A DNA stretch of 64,000 nucleotides from positions 21,586-85,585 of the forward strand of contig JASEEY010000004.1 in NCBI GenBank assembly GCA_030018435.1, given 5' to 3'. Positions 7,733 to 17,069 of the stretch are shown here, piece after piece; the stretch's first letter is position 1, and each line of letters starts with the position of its first letter. A program made the position numbers and the translations under genes. The notes beneath the pieces are model-generated. The model did no database searches. It was not told the origin of the DNA and worked only from the letters and a program-made list of their open reading frames with translations. Source of the DNA: Methanocellales archaeon (GTDB lineage Archaea > Halobacteriota > UBA148 > JAUWXC01).

Positions 7733-8458
7733 TCACATCCCCAGCACATCATTCATCGAGAAAACGCCTTTTCCTTTTTTTGCGCTCGCAACCCATCGTA
7801 TCGCCTTTATGGCGCCCGATGCAAAGGCCTGTCTGCTGTGCGCCTGATGTTTTATCTCGAGGCGCTCGCCATCTCCCGCGAAAAGGACGAGATGATCGCC
7901 CACGATATCCCCACTTCTGATGGAATGAACGCTTACCTCTCTGCCGAGAGAGGTGCGCAGAATTTCTGCGGCTTTTTTGGCGGTTCCACTGGGCGCATCC
8001 TTTTTGCGCTTGTGGTGCGCTTCGACGATCTCCACGTCGGCATCGCTCAGATACTTGGCTGCATCGCCTATCATTTTCCAGAAGACGTTTACGCCGACTG
8101 CAAAGTTGGGGGAGATGACCGCGGATATCTTTTTGTCTATCGCAGTGCACATCTCTTTGTGTTGCTCTTTCGTGAAACCCGTCGTTCCTATGACGAGGTT
8201 AACGCCGTGCTCGGCGGCGGCTTTTGCATTTTCTACGGCTCCTGATGCGACCGTAAAATCAACTAATATGTCGGGCTTGGTCTCGCTGAGAACGTCGTGA
8301 ATGCGCTTGACATCGGAGATGCGCACATCTCCTACGCTCCTGCCGATGTCCTTTATGTCAAAGGCGGCGACTAGGTTCATATCTTCTTCTTGCAGGACGT
8401 TCTGCGCCACCAGCGAACCCATTCGCCCTGCAGCGCCGCATATCGCAACCTTGATCAT
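7733..8458 (-). CDS. dapB: 4-hydroxy-tetrahydrodipicolinate reductase
   Basis: GAAGRMG, VIGTTG, EAHHKRKKDAPSGTA. Confidence 0.97.
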   Translation of the reverse strand: MIKVAICGAAGRMGSLVAQNVLQEEDMNLVAAFDIKDIGRSVGDVRISDVKRIHDVLSETKPDILVDFTVASGAVENAKAAAEHGVNLVIGTTGFTKEQHKEMCTAIDKKISAVISPNFAVGVNVFWKMIGDAAKYLSDADVEIVEAHHKRKKDAPSGTAKKAAEILRTSLGREVSVHSIRSGDIVGDHLVLFAGDGERLEIKHQAHSRQAFASGAIKAIRWVASAKKGKGVFSMNDVLGM

Positions 8459-9327
8459 AGCAATCCTAGGGACTCCATGGTGCGCCGTAGCTTGTCCGCT
8501 CCATTCTGACCCAGTGGAACCAGGGGCAATCTGGGCTCGCCCGCAGCCAGCCCCATCCAGTTCATCGCAGCCTTCACCGGAATTGGATTCGTCTCCACGA
8601 ACAGGTCGCGCAATAAGGGAAACACGGTGTGGTGAATCTCCCTTGCCTTTTCTATGTCGCCCTTAAAGAACGCGCCCACGAGATCGCTCATCTGTCTTGG
8701 AATGACGTTCGCCGCCACAGAAATGACGCCCTTGCCACCTAATGCAAGAATCGGCAGCGTCATCGAGTCATCCCCGGAAATGACGACGAAGTTTTTGTCC
8801 TTGGTCAGCCTGATGATTTCCGACACTTGATTAAGGTCCCCGCTGGCCTCTTTTATGCCAACGATGTTGTCCACGTTTGCCAGCTCAGCCGATACCTTGG
8901 CGGGCATATTTCTTCCCGTTCTAGAAGGAACGTTGTACAATAGTATGGGAATATCGCACGAGCTGGCCACGGTTTTATAGTGCGCAATCATTCCAGCATC
9001 GGTCGGCTTGTTGTAGTATGGTGAGATCAGCATCGCGATATCTGCGCCCGCATCGGCAGCGTATTTCGTGAGCTCTATTGCCTCTTTCGTGTTGTTCGAT
9101 CCAGTGCCAGCTATCACCGGAACCGAAGATTCATCCACCGCTATATCGATGATCCTCTTTTGCTCATTGAACGAGAGCGTAGCAGCCTCACCGGTGCAGC
9201 CAGCTGGCACGATCCCGGAGACGCCATTCTCGATGACAAATTCTATGTTTGCCCTCAGCCCCTCTTCATCCACTTCATTATCCTTCGTGAACGGTGTCAC
9301 CAGCGCCGGAGCCACTCCCTGAAACAT
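8455..9327 (-). CDS. dapA: 4-hydroxy-tetrahydrodipicolinate synthase
   Basis: [27 protein letters not shown]. Confidence 0.97.
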   Translation of the reverse strand: MFQGVAPALVTPFTKDNEVDEEGLRANIEFVIENGVSGIVPAGCTGEAATLSFNEQKRIIDIAVDESSVPVIAGTGSNNTKEAIELTKYAADAGADIAMLISPYYNKPTDAGMIAHYKTVASSCDIPILLYNVPSRTGRNMPAKVSAELANVDNIVGIKEASGDLNQVSEIIRLTKDKNFVVISGDDSMTLPILALGGKGVISVAANVIPRQMSDLVGAFFKGDIEKAREIHHTVFPLLRDLFVETNPIPVKAAMNWMGLAAGEPRLPLVPLGQNGADKLRRTMESLGLL

Positions 9328-9544
9328 CTTCTTTCAGCACCTCCTTCCTAACTTTACTTTTTTCCTTACTTTTTAATCTCCTGGTAATATATCCTGCAAC
9401 CCTATTTCTAATCGCCTTGCTCTCGATATTCGTGTACTCGGCAACCGACTTTTTGTTCTCCTCGAAATCAGGACCAAATGCATCTGGATATTCTTCCATC
9501 AACTCGGTTCCGAGGTTTTTGATATACGTCGGTTTGATGCCCAT
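9278..9544 (-). CDS. rps17e: 30S ribosomal protein S17e (apparent C-terminal read-through into dapA)
   Basis: MGIKPTYIK...DFEENK...[10 protein letters not shown]. Confidence 0.93.
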   Translation of the reverse strand: MGIKPTYIKNLGTELMEEYPDAFGPDFEENKKSVAEYTNIESKAIRNRVAGYITRRLKSKEKSKVRKEVLKEDVSGSGSGAGDTVHEG

Positions 9545-9584
9545 CCTGTCACCTGCGTATCATCGCCTATGCCATCTTTTACAC

Positions 9585-10133
9585 TTAACCTTTCCGCATT
9601 ACGTTAGCTATGTCGATCGCCCTTTTAGCAACTTCGGTCGCACTTTGCCCCAGCAGCCTAATCATTGGCTCTTTTCCGATGCTGCCAAGGTCATAGATGA
9701 CATCCGGAACAGCGCCAAATCCTTCAATTGCACGCTTGGTGCCCCATTCCATCGTGCTCACATCTCTTGGCTCATCTTTTCTGTCAAATGATGCGATGGC
9801 GAAACCCAATTTTTTGCAGGCGGATAATATATCTGGTGAATATTTGATGTTCATCGCACCCCTCACATTTTCATCAAATTTCATCGCAGCGAGTATCACA
9901 CTTGCAACATGTTTGCTTGTGCCGAAGTCCACATTCCCAACGGCTTTTGCTCCATTAACGCGCACAATCCTTCCTTGCACGGCAGCCACATCATCCGTGC
10001 TTGTTGCGCCGGAAAGCGCCATCCCTATGTTCGTCCCGACCTCGGGAATCAGCGCGGAAAAACCCTCGCACTTTTCCAGCATGGAGACGGCATCCTGCAC
10101 ATCCTTCATGACGCGATATCGCTCAGCATCCAT
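9585..10133 (-). CDS. Stand-alone ThiN-type thiamine-phosphate synthase domain protein
   Basis: LIPEVGTNIGMA, FGTSKHVA, TMEWG, GKEPMI. Confidence 0.85.
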   Translation of the reverse strand: MDAERYRVMKDVQDAVSMLEKCEGFSALIPEVGTNIGMALSGATSTDDVAAVQGRIVRVNGAKAVGNVDFGTSKHVASVILAAMKFDENVRGAMNIKYSPDILSACKKLGFAIASFDRKDEPRDVSTMEWGTKRAIEGFGAVPDVIYDLGSIGKEPMIRLLGQSATEVAKRAIDIANVMRKG

Positions 10134-10222
10134 ATTTGACCAGGTAAAAATGGGCTTACTATTTAAAGAAGTATCCGCATAAGGAGGAAGCTGGGTGTAA
10201 GGATACTTGAATTACAAGCTCA

Positions 10223-10967
10223 TCATCTTTGATATGGATGGTGTTCCGAAGGCTCGATGTATTTTGTGAGTGATGAGTGAATCTTCAAGCCCAAGGGAGT
10301 CTCCCTAATATCCATCGACTCTCTTGCAGCAGTGACCGTTATCGCTGTATCCACCCCGAAATGATGTGGAATCACTGTATCCTCGAGCAATTTCTCCACC
10401 AGTTTACGCGAGATGCCATATTCCCCACCCATGGGCTGCCGGATGTCTGCCTTAAACACCGAGCGAATGAGTGGATATGCGATATTATTCGTTATCACTC
10501 CATCGTACTTGTCCCTAATGTATCGCGGGACGACGAGGTCAGCCCCAAAAAGGATGGGTTCTGCCAGATTTGCGACCCATCTTGGCGAAACGCTGAGCAG
10601 GTCGCCATCGACCAATGCCACACACGTGGCACCAGCAGCTCTCGCAACCTCAAGTATTGTGCGGACGCCGCCCCCCTTCCCCCCTCCATCCATGTCCTCT
10701 GTGACGATTTTTTTGATGGTAGGAGGGCAGGGTAAACATTCGTGCCAGCTCCCTCGTCCTGTCTTTTGAAAATCCATCTGAGATGACCACCAAGCTCTCA
10801 ACTTGTGAAAAATACTGTTGAATACCCATGCCGACGACGTTCATGGTGTGAACGATGGTCGTCTCAACATCCTTTGCACAAATACCAACGACGAGATCCA
10901 CAGGTTTTATTTTGTCGATATCTTCCTGTAAAATGGGCGTTAGACCCATACCGACCCCCACCCCCAT
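10223..10967 (-). pseudogene. Frameshifted GT2-like glycosyltransferase (glucosyl/mannosyl-glycerate synthase-like)
   Basis: N-part DLVVGI..SDGFSKDRT and C-part GKGGG..VDGDL..IRQPMGGEY in different frames; shift at about 10725 (ctgccctcctacc). Confidence 0.75.
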
Positions 10968-11037
10968 CTAGATAATGTAATCTTCTATATAAATAATATC
11001 CCAAATTTTCCAGTGGAAATAAAGGGGTGTTCTGCCA

Positions 11038-11616
11038 TTACTTCTTCTTGACGTGCGCCCTACCTTGGTCAAACTCTAACGTCATACCTAAGTCGCGCAA
11101 ATACAGGGTTGCAGCGCCCTTTCCATGAATCAAAAGCTCCACAAGATCCTCCGGCTCATCCATATCGGTGCTGACGAAAAAGGAATCATAGATGTAAACG
11201 GACATGCCCGCATCAAGGGCAATTCCAAGGTGATTCAAAAAGCTCGCTTGGCGAAAATCGACCCTGAACCTACGCGGCTCTCGCAGGAATAACGCATTCG
11301 TGCCCCCGCCCTTTCCAGGCGCTATGACCACATCTGCATTTGCGCTGACGATCTCGTTTATGTGCCTTGGTTGAATCAACGGCAGGTCCGGCATTATGAC
11401 CAGTACAGGCTCTTGAGTCCCGTGAATTGCGCCATTTATCGCCTCGTTAAGCGATCCTTCGGTGAGAACATCATGTTCGTCTACGATTGAACCCTTGAGC
11501 GCATCAATCACATCCTCTAACATACACTCTGCCAGCATCTCCCGCTCGGATTTGCTAAGCAAGGGAGACAGCCGCGACTTTGCATTCTTCTTTTTAAAGG
11601 GAATTATCGCCTTCAT
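11038..11616 (-). CDS. cofC: 2-phospho-L-lactate/PEP guanylyltransferase
   Basis: IPFKKKNAKSRLS, MPDLPL, GGTNAL, DMDEPEDL; next to cofGH. Confidence 0.92.
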   Translation of the reverse strand: MKAIIPFKKKNAKSRLSPLLSKSEREMLAECMLEDVIDALKGSIVDEHDVLTEGSLNEAINGAIHGTQEPVLVIMPDLPLIQPRHINEIVSANADVVIAPGKGGGTNALFLREPRRFRVDFRQASFLNHLGIALDAGMSVYIYDSFFVSTDMDEPEDLVELLIHGKGAATLYLRDLGMTLEFDQGRAHVKKK

Positions 11617-11659
11617 GGTTGGAATAATACTTATCTTTGCCCTGTTATATGTAGGGGTG

Positions 11660-12631
11660 ATGAACCCAGATTACGTCACCTTCTCTAAAAACGTTTTCAT
11701 CCCTGTCACGAACGTCTGCAGAAATAGATGTCATTATTGTGGTTTTAGGCGCGATCCGGATGGAGCGGAAGCGTATCTCATGACGCCAGATCAGGTCCGC
11801 ACTCTGCTGAATAAGGGTGCCTCGAGCAATTGCACTGAAGCGCTATTCACCTTTGGCGAACCAAGTGAATTGATTCATGATGCGTTAGCAGGAATCGGCT
11901 ACTTAAACCTCATAGAGTATGTAGCAGACCTGTGCAGGATGGCAATTGCTCATGGACTGCTGCCGCACACGAATGCAGGAGTGCTGAGCTATGATGATTT
12001 TAAGGCGCTCAAGCCCCTGAATGCGAGCATGGGGTTAATGCTCGAGACGATTGCAAGCGTGGCGGCGCATAAGGATAGCCCGAGCAAGTCGCCAAGAGAG
12101 AGGTTAAGGGTAATGGAGGATGCAGGCCGCCTGAGGATTCCGTTCACCACCGGCATCCTAGTCGGTATAGGGGAAACTCATGAAGATAGGCTCAACTCGC
12201 TGATGGCGATAAGAGAACTGCACCCCAGATATGGACACATCCAGGAAGTCATCATCCAGCCGTTTGTTCCTAAGCAGAACACGCCGATGTTTAACTGCGA
12301 GCCTCCCAGCACAGGGGAAATGCAGGAGACGATCGCGCTAGCGCGAAGAATTCTTCCGCCCGAAGTTGCGATCCAGGTGCCTCCAAACCTCATGTCACCA
12401 AATTTATCAGTTCCATATGGGGCGTCTGACCTTGGCGGCATATCACCAGTGACGATTGACTATATCACTCCCGAGAACGAATGGCCAGCGCTGGAAACGC
12501 TTGGTTCATGCGTGCGCTTGAGGGAACGCCTGCCAGTTTATCCACATTTTGTTCTGGATAAATGGTATGGCGCTGAAACAGAGGAGTTGATAAATAAATA
12601 TGCAGACGAAGACGGATTTAGAAAGTGCTGA
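11660..12631 (+). CDS. cofG: FO synthase subunit CofG
   Basis: VTFSKNVFIPVTNVCRNRCHYCGF, PHTNAG, SMGLMLE, PFTTGILVGIGE. Confidence 0.95.
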   Translation: MNPDYVTFSKNVFIPVTNVCRNRCHYCGFRRDPDGAEAYLMTPDQVRTLLNKGASSNCTEALFTFGEPSELIHDALAGIGYLNLIEYVADLCRMAIAHGLLPHTNAGVLSYDDFKALKPLNASMGLMLETIASVAAHKDSPSKSPRERLRVMEDAGRLRIPFTTGILVGIGETHEDRLNSLMAIRELHPRYGHIQEVIIQPFVPKQNTPMFNCEPPSTGEMQETIALARRILPPEVAIQVPPNLMSPNLSVPYGASDLGGISPVTIDYITPENEWPALETLGSCVRLRERLPVYPHFVLDKWYGAETEELINKYADEDGFRKC

Positions 12632-13664
12632 CATCGTTGAACGTGCCAAGATGGACGAGATCACAAAAGAGGACGCATTGTACATAGTGTATAATACATT
12701 CCTATTGTTCAAAATCGCCGACGAGTTGCGTTCGGAAGTGGTCGGTGATATCGTCACTTATGTCATAAATCGCAATATCAACTTCACGAATGTTTGCATA
12801 GGTGATTGCACATTCTGCGCATTCAAGAGGGAGCGCGGCTATATCCTCAGCATGGAGCAAATCCTGCAAAAGGTGGAAGATGCCATCGCTAAAGGTGCAA
12901 CTGAAATTTGCATCCAGGGTGGTCTTCTGAAGGGGACAACGCTTGACTTCTATTGCGAGATGTTGGGATGCGTAAAATCGCATTTCGATGTACATTTGCA
13001 TGCATTCTCACCCATGGAGGTTTTTCATGCGGCTAAAAATTCCAATGTGGACGTGCAAGATGCGTTAAAGGCGCTGAAGCACAGTGGATTGGATTCAATG
13101 CCGGGCACGGCTGCGGAAATTCTCGACGACGAAATTCGGAGAAAAATCTGCCCAAACAAAATCTCGGTGGCGCAGTGGATTGACATAATCACCACCGCAC
13201 ATAGGATGGGAATTCCGACAACTGCCACGATAATGTACGGCCACATCGAGACGTTGGAGCACTGGGTCGATCACCTCCTGCTCATTAGAAACATCCAGAA
13301 AAAGACGAAGGGGTTTACGGAATTCATACCGCTTTCATTTATGCCAAAGAACAACGAGCTTGGCGGAATTGCTAGGGGACCGACGAGCATGGATAATCTA
13401 AAAATGCATGCTCTCTCCAGGATTTTGTTGTATCCATACGTCAGGAATGTTCAGGCATCCTGGGTGAAACTGGGGCGCAAACTGGCGAGAGAAACGCTCT
13501 TCTGCGGAGTAAACGATCTTGGTGGAACGCTGATGGAAGAACACATAACCAAGTCTGCGGGCGGAGCAGAGGGCGAATACATGTCGCCAGAGGGATTCGA
13601 GGAGCTCATCATCAGCGCTGGGCGCATCCCCAAGAGAAGGACGACTTTATACACCATTGCTTAA
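12600..13664 (+). CDS. cofH: FO synthase subunit CofH
   Basis: NRNINFTNVCIGDCTFCAF, PGTAAEIL, NVQASWVKLG, NDLGGTLMEE. Confidence 0.95.
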   Translation: MQTKTDLESADIVERAKMDEITKEDALYIVYNTFLLFKIADELRSEVVGDIVTYVINRNINFTNVCIGDCTFCAFKRERGYILSMEQILQKVEDAIAKGATEICIQGGLLKGTTLDFYCEMLGCVKSHFDVHLHAFSPMEVFHAAKNSNVDVQDALKALKHSGLDSMPGTAAEILDDEIRRKICPNKISVAQWIDIITTAHRMGIPTTATIMYGHIETLEHWVDHLLLIRNIQKKTKGFTEFIPLSFMPKNNELGGIARGPTSMDNLKMHALSRILLYPYVRNVQASWVKLGRKLARETLFCGVNDLGGTLMEEHITKSAGGAEGEYMSPEGFEELIISAGRIPKRRTTLYTIA

Positions 13665-13749
13665 GCCCAAAGGGCGTACGCATTCGCTTAAACGAAGTAG
13701 TATGCAAAGCTTAAACGAAGTGGTATGCGAAGCTTAAACGAAGTGTATG
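13658..13749 (+). repeat. Mini-hairpin tandem repeat array (leader hairpin plus 3 units)
   Basis: tgcttaagcccaaagggcg then three copies of gcttaaacgaagt at 22-23 nt spacing; homologous arrays at 23040-23086 (-) and 37577-37644 (+). Confidence 0.9.
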
Positions 13750-13762
13750 AACTGATTTAACA

Positions 13763-14737
13763 TCACACATTTTTAAGATACTTCGCAGCTCGCTCTGGCG
13801 CAACGGTGTTGATGTAAACATCCGTGCTCTTCTCAAATCCAGCCCTTATAGTCAGCTTCGGCTGTATCCTTATGTTGAGATGGTATTGCTCATTATCTGA
13901 CTGGAAAAACATATAATTGTAGGGCGGGTTTTCAAGCGTTTTATCGAGTCTGTGCAGCGCATCCCTGAGAATGGTACCGAGCAATCCCAATTCATCAAGT
14001 GCGCTGATATAATGTACGTGCCTCTTGGGTAGTGCCCAAAGTTCAAATGGAGTTTGGGAGTAGAATGGCGCGAGTAGAACCCAGCCATCGTTTTCGCATA
14101 CGAAGCGCTTCGAGTTGCACTCCTTCGCTATGATATCGCAATACGGACAACTTCCGATTTCTTCAATTTTCTGCAACTCTCTCTTGAGCAGAGGAGGCAC
14201 TATCGGCGTGGCGATGAGCTGCGTGTGAGGATGGGCAAGCGACGCACCAGCCTTGGCACCATGATTCTTGAAAAGGGACACATACCGCACATCTTTTTGC
14301 TCGCGATAATGGGAAATCCTGTCTTTATAGACGGACATCAGCAGTTCGATTTGTTCATCGCTGAAATCTGACAACCTCTTCTCATGCTCTGGCGTTTCTA
14401 CGATGATCTCGTGAAAGCCATAGCCGGGTAGTTTGGTCCAGGGAGTTCTTTCTGGCGAACTTGGAGAAGGAACCAGCGCCGGATACAAATTCGAAAAGCA
14501 TCGTATCGTCCAACCCTTTACCCTTTCCTGACCATCTTTAAGAATCCGAATTTTCCTTCCAACTCGCTTATACACCGCCGTAGCGGGAGGTGTCATCTCC
14601 TCATTTCCGGGGCAGAACTGGCATTTGGCGATACGCCCCTCTTCGCATTCGCGCTTAAAATCAGATGGCCTTTGCTGCCGCTCGGTTGCGACGATGCAGT
14701 ACTCATCCAAGAAATAGTGCTTTCGCAGCTCTGGCAT
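13763..14737 (-). CDS. galT: Galactose-1-phosphate uridylyltransferase
   Basis: RQQRP, CQFCPGNE, HEIIVETP, AGASLAHPHTQL. Confidence 0.92.
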   Translation of the reverse strand: MPELRKHYFLDEYCIVATERQQRPSDFKRECEEGRIAKCQFCPGNEEMTPPATAVYKRVGRKIRILKDGQERVKGWTIRCFSNLYPALVPSPSSPERTPWTKLPGYGFHEIIVETPEHEKRLSDFSDEQIELLMSVYKDRISHYREQKDVRYVSLFKNHGAKAGASLAHPHTQLIATPIVPPLLKRELQKIEEIGSCPYCDIIAKECNSKRFVCENDGWVLLAPFYSQTPFELWALPKRHVHYISALDELGLLGTILRDALHRLDKTLENPPYNYMFFQSDNEQYHLNIRIQPKLTIRAGFEKSTDVYINTVAPERAAKYLKNV

Positions 14738-14837
14738 GATGGGATTTACGGCTGCAGCGCAATTAAAAGTTACTATATACTAAAAGGTTCTAATGTCGTT
14801 GGGGGTATGATGGTCTCATGGGGTCGGAGGAATTGGA

Positions 14838-17051
14838 GTGGAAGTAAGGATTACCAAAGAAATAATAGCTGAACTGGGATTGAGTGAAGAAGAGTTTGGA
14901 AAGATTAAAACCCTCATAGGAAGGGAGCCAAATTATACAGAATTGGGAATGTTCTCAGCCATGTGGTCGGAACATTGTAGCTATAAGAGCTCGAAACCAG
15001 TTTTGAAATTATTTCCCACCACCGGCAAACAAGTTCTTCAAGGTCCTGGGGAAAATGCCGGGGTGGTGGATATAGGGGATGGGCTGGCAGTGGCATTCAA
15101 GATTGAATCTCATAATCATCCGTCAGCCATCGAGCCTTATGAGGCATCAGCTACCGGGGGAGGAGGGTGCATCAGAGATATTTTCACCATGGGCGCCAGG
15201 CCCGTAGCTCTCTTAAACTCCCTTCGATTTGGAAGGTTGACAGATTCAAGGGTCAAGTATCTATTAGTAGAGGTGGCCAGAGGTTTTACTGCTTATGCCA
15301 ATATTTCTGAGGTTCCAGTGGTGGGCGGCGAGGTCTATTTTGACGAATCCTATGAGGGCAATCCCTTGGTCAATGCCATGACGGTAGGATTCATGCGGCA
15401 CAAAGATATAGCCAGGGCTAGGGCGACAGGCAGGGGCAATCTGGTTTTGATAGTTGGAGGAGCTACGGGTAGAGACGGCATTGCTGGGGCTGCTTTTGCC
15501 TCTAAGGGGCTGGATGAAGAGTCTGGCGAGAAGAAGTCGGCCGTAGCTATCGGTGACCCAAAGATGGGTAAGATAGTTAGAGAGGCATGCCTGGAACTGA
15601 TTCAGCGAGGCTACGTTATAGGTATGCAGGATATGGGTGCTGCTGGACTGACCTGTTCAGTATGTGAAACCGCCTATAAGGGCGGGACGGGTATAGAGAT
15701 CGATATATCCTTAGTTCCGCGCAAAGAGGAAAAGATGACGCCATATGAGGTGATGCTCTCAGAATCTCAAGAGAGGATGCTGGTGATAATAGAAAAGGAT
15801 AGATTGAATGAAGTAAAGGGGATATTCTCAAAGTGGGGTGTGCCGGCGACCGTTATAGGCAGTGTTACAGATGATGGAATGGTAAGGGTGAAAGAGGGCG
15901 ACAAGGTGGTGGCCGAGGTACCGGCTACGGCACTGGTTGAAGCACCCGTGTACCATTTAGAAGAGAAACCTCCCAGATATCTGAAAACAACAAGGGAATT
16001 CAATATCGGCGACATCCCAGAGCCAGACGATTATACTCAGGTGCTTTTAAGGGTTCTCTCCTCTCCATCTATAGCCAGCAAAGAGTGGATATATAAGAAA
16101 GGCGATCCGAAAATCGCTCGAAACGTTCAAGTCGGTCCCGGCTCAGATGCGGCCGTCATTCACCTTCCTGGGACGGAGAAACTCATTGCAGTAACAGTGG
16201 ATTGTAATGCCCGCTACGTTTATCTCAACCCATATGTAGGTGGAATGATCGCTGTGGCGGAGGCAGCGAGGAATCTGGTCTGCGTTGGTGCAAAACCTTT
16301 AGCCATTACAGATTGCTTGAACTTTGGCAACCCGAGGGATCCTGAGGTGTTCTGGCAGTTTAAACAATCCGTTTTGGGCATCAGCGAGGCGTGCAGGGCG
16401 CTTGAAACTCCCGTCGTCAGTGGAAATGTGAGTTTTAACAACGAAAGTTCAAAAGGTTCAGTCGACCCAACGCCTGTGATAGGGATGGTGGGTCTGGTTG
16501 AAGACGGCTCAAAGGTAATGATCCAACATTTTAAAAATGAGGGTGATGCGATCTTCATTTTGGGCGAAACTAAGGAAGAACTGGGCGGAAGCGAATATCT
16601 AAAGCTGATTCATGGTTTGAAGAAAGGCGACGCTCCAGCTATCGACTTGGAGGTTGAAAAGAGGCTTCAGGAAACGGTACTTCAAATGGTAAAGAAGGGT
16701 TTGATTAACTCTGCCCATGATTGCTCCGAAGGGGGTCTTGCAGTGGCATTGGCGGAATGTTGTATCTCCCATCCAACCACTAAGTTTGGGGCAACCGTTG
16801 ATTTAGATGGCTTATCGGTAAGGGCGGATGCATTATTATTTGGCGAGTCCCAATCCCGAATTGTTATAAGTTGCAACTCAGGAAAGAGAGAGAATTTAAA
16901 AAAGACGGCCCAGGCAAATAATATACCCGCTTGGGAGATGGGCAAAGTGGGCGGCGATAGGCTATCTGTGGGAAAATGGGTGGACATCGACCTAGAAAAA
17001 CTGGATAAATCGTGGAGAAAGACGATAGAGGAGTCTTTAGAGAAAAAATAA
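14838..17051 (+). CDS. purL: Phosphoribosylformylglycinamidine synthase subunit PurL
   Basis: MWSEHCSYKSS, IESHNHPS, QDMGAAGL, LSESQERM, GNVSFNNE. Confidence 0.93.
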   Translation: MEVRITKEIIAELGLSEEEFGKIKTLIGREPNYTELGMFSAMWSEHCSYKSSKPVLKLFPTTGKQVLQGPGENAGVVDIGDGLAVAFKIESHNHPSAIEPYEASATGGGGCIRDIFTMGARPVALLNSLRFGRLTDSRVKYLLVEVARGFTAYANISEVPVVGGEVYFDESYEGNPLVNAMTVGFMRHKDIARARATGRGNLVLIVGGATGRDGIAGAAFASKGLDEESGEKKSAVAIGDPKMGKIVREACLELIQRGYVIGMQDMGAAGLTCSVCETAYKGGTGIEIDISLVPRKEEKMTPYEVMLSESQERMLVIIEKDRLNEVKGIFSKWGVPATVIGSVTDDGMVRVKEGDKVVAEVPATALVEAPVYHLEEKPPRYLKTTREFNIGDIPEPDDYTQVLLRVLSSPSIASKEWIYKKGDPKIARNVQVGPGSDAAVIHLPGTEKLIAVTVDCNARYVYLNPYVGGMIAVAEAARNLVCVGAKPLAITDCLNFGNPRDPEVFWQFKQSVLGISEACRALETPVVSGNVSFNNESSKGSVDPTPVIGMVGLVEDGSKVMIQHFKNEGDAIFILGETKEELGGSEYLKLIHGLKKGDAPAIDLEVEKRLQETVLQMVKKGLINSAHDCSEGGLAVALAECCISHPTTKFGATVDLDGLSVRADALLFGESQSRIVISCNSGKRENLKKTAQANNIPAWEMGKVGGDRLSVGKWVDIDLEKLDKSWRKTIEESLEKK

Positions 17052-17069
17052 CTTTTTGCATGCTAACGA

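Noticed and set aside
13658-13749. Mini-CRISPR array
   Set aside because: Units are contiguous with no unique spacers and no cas genes lie nearby.
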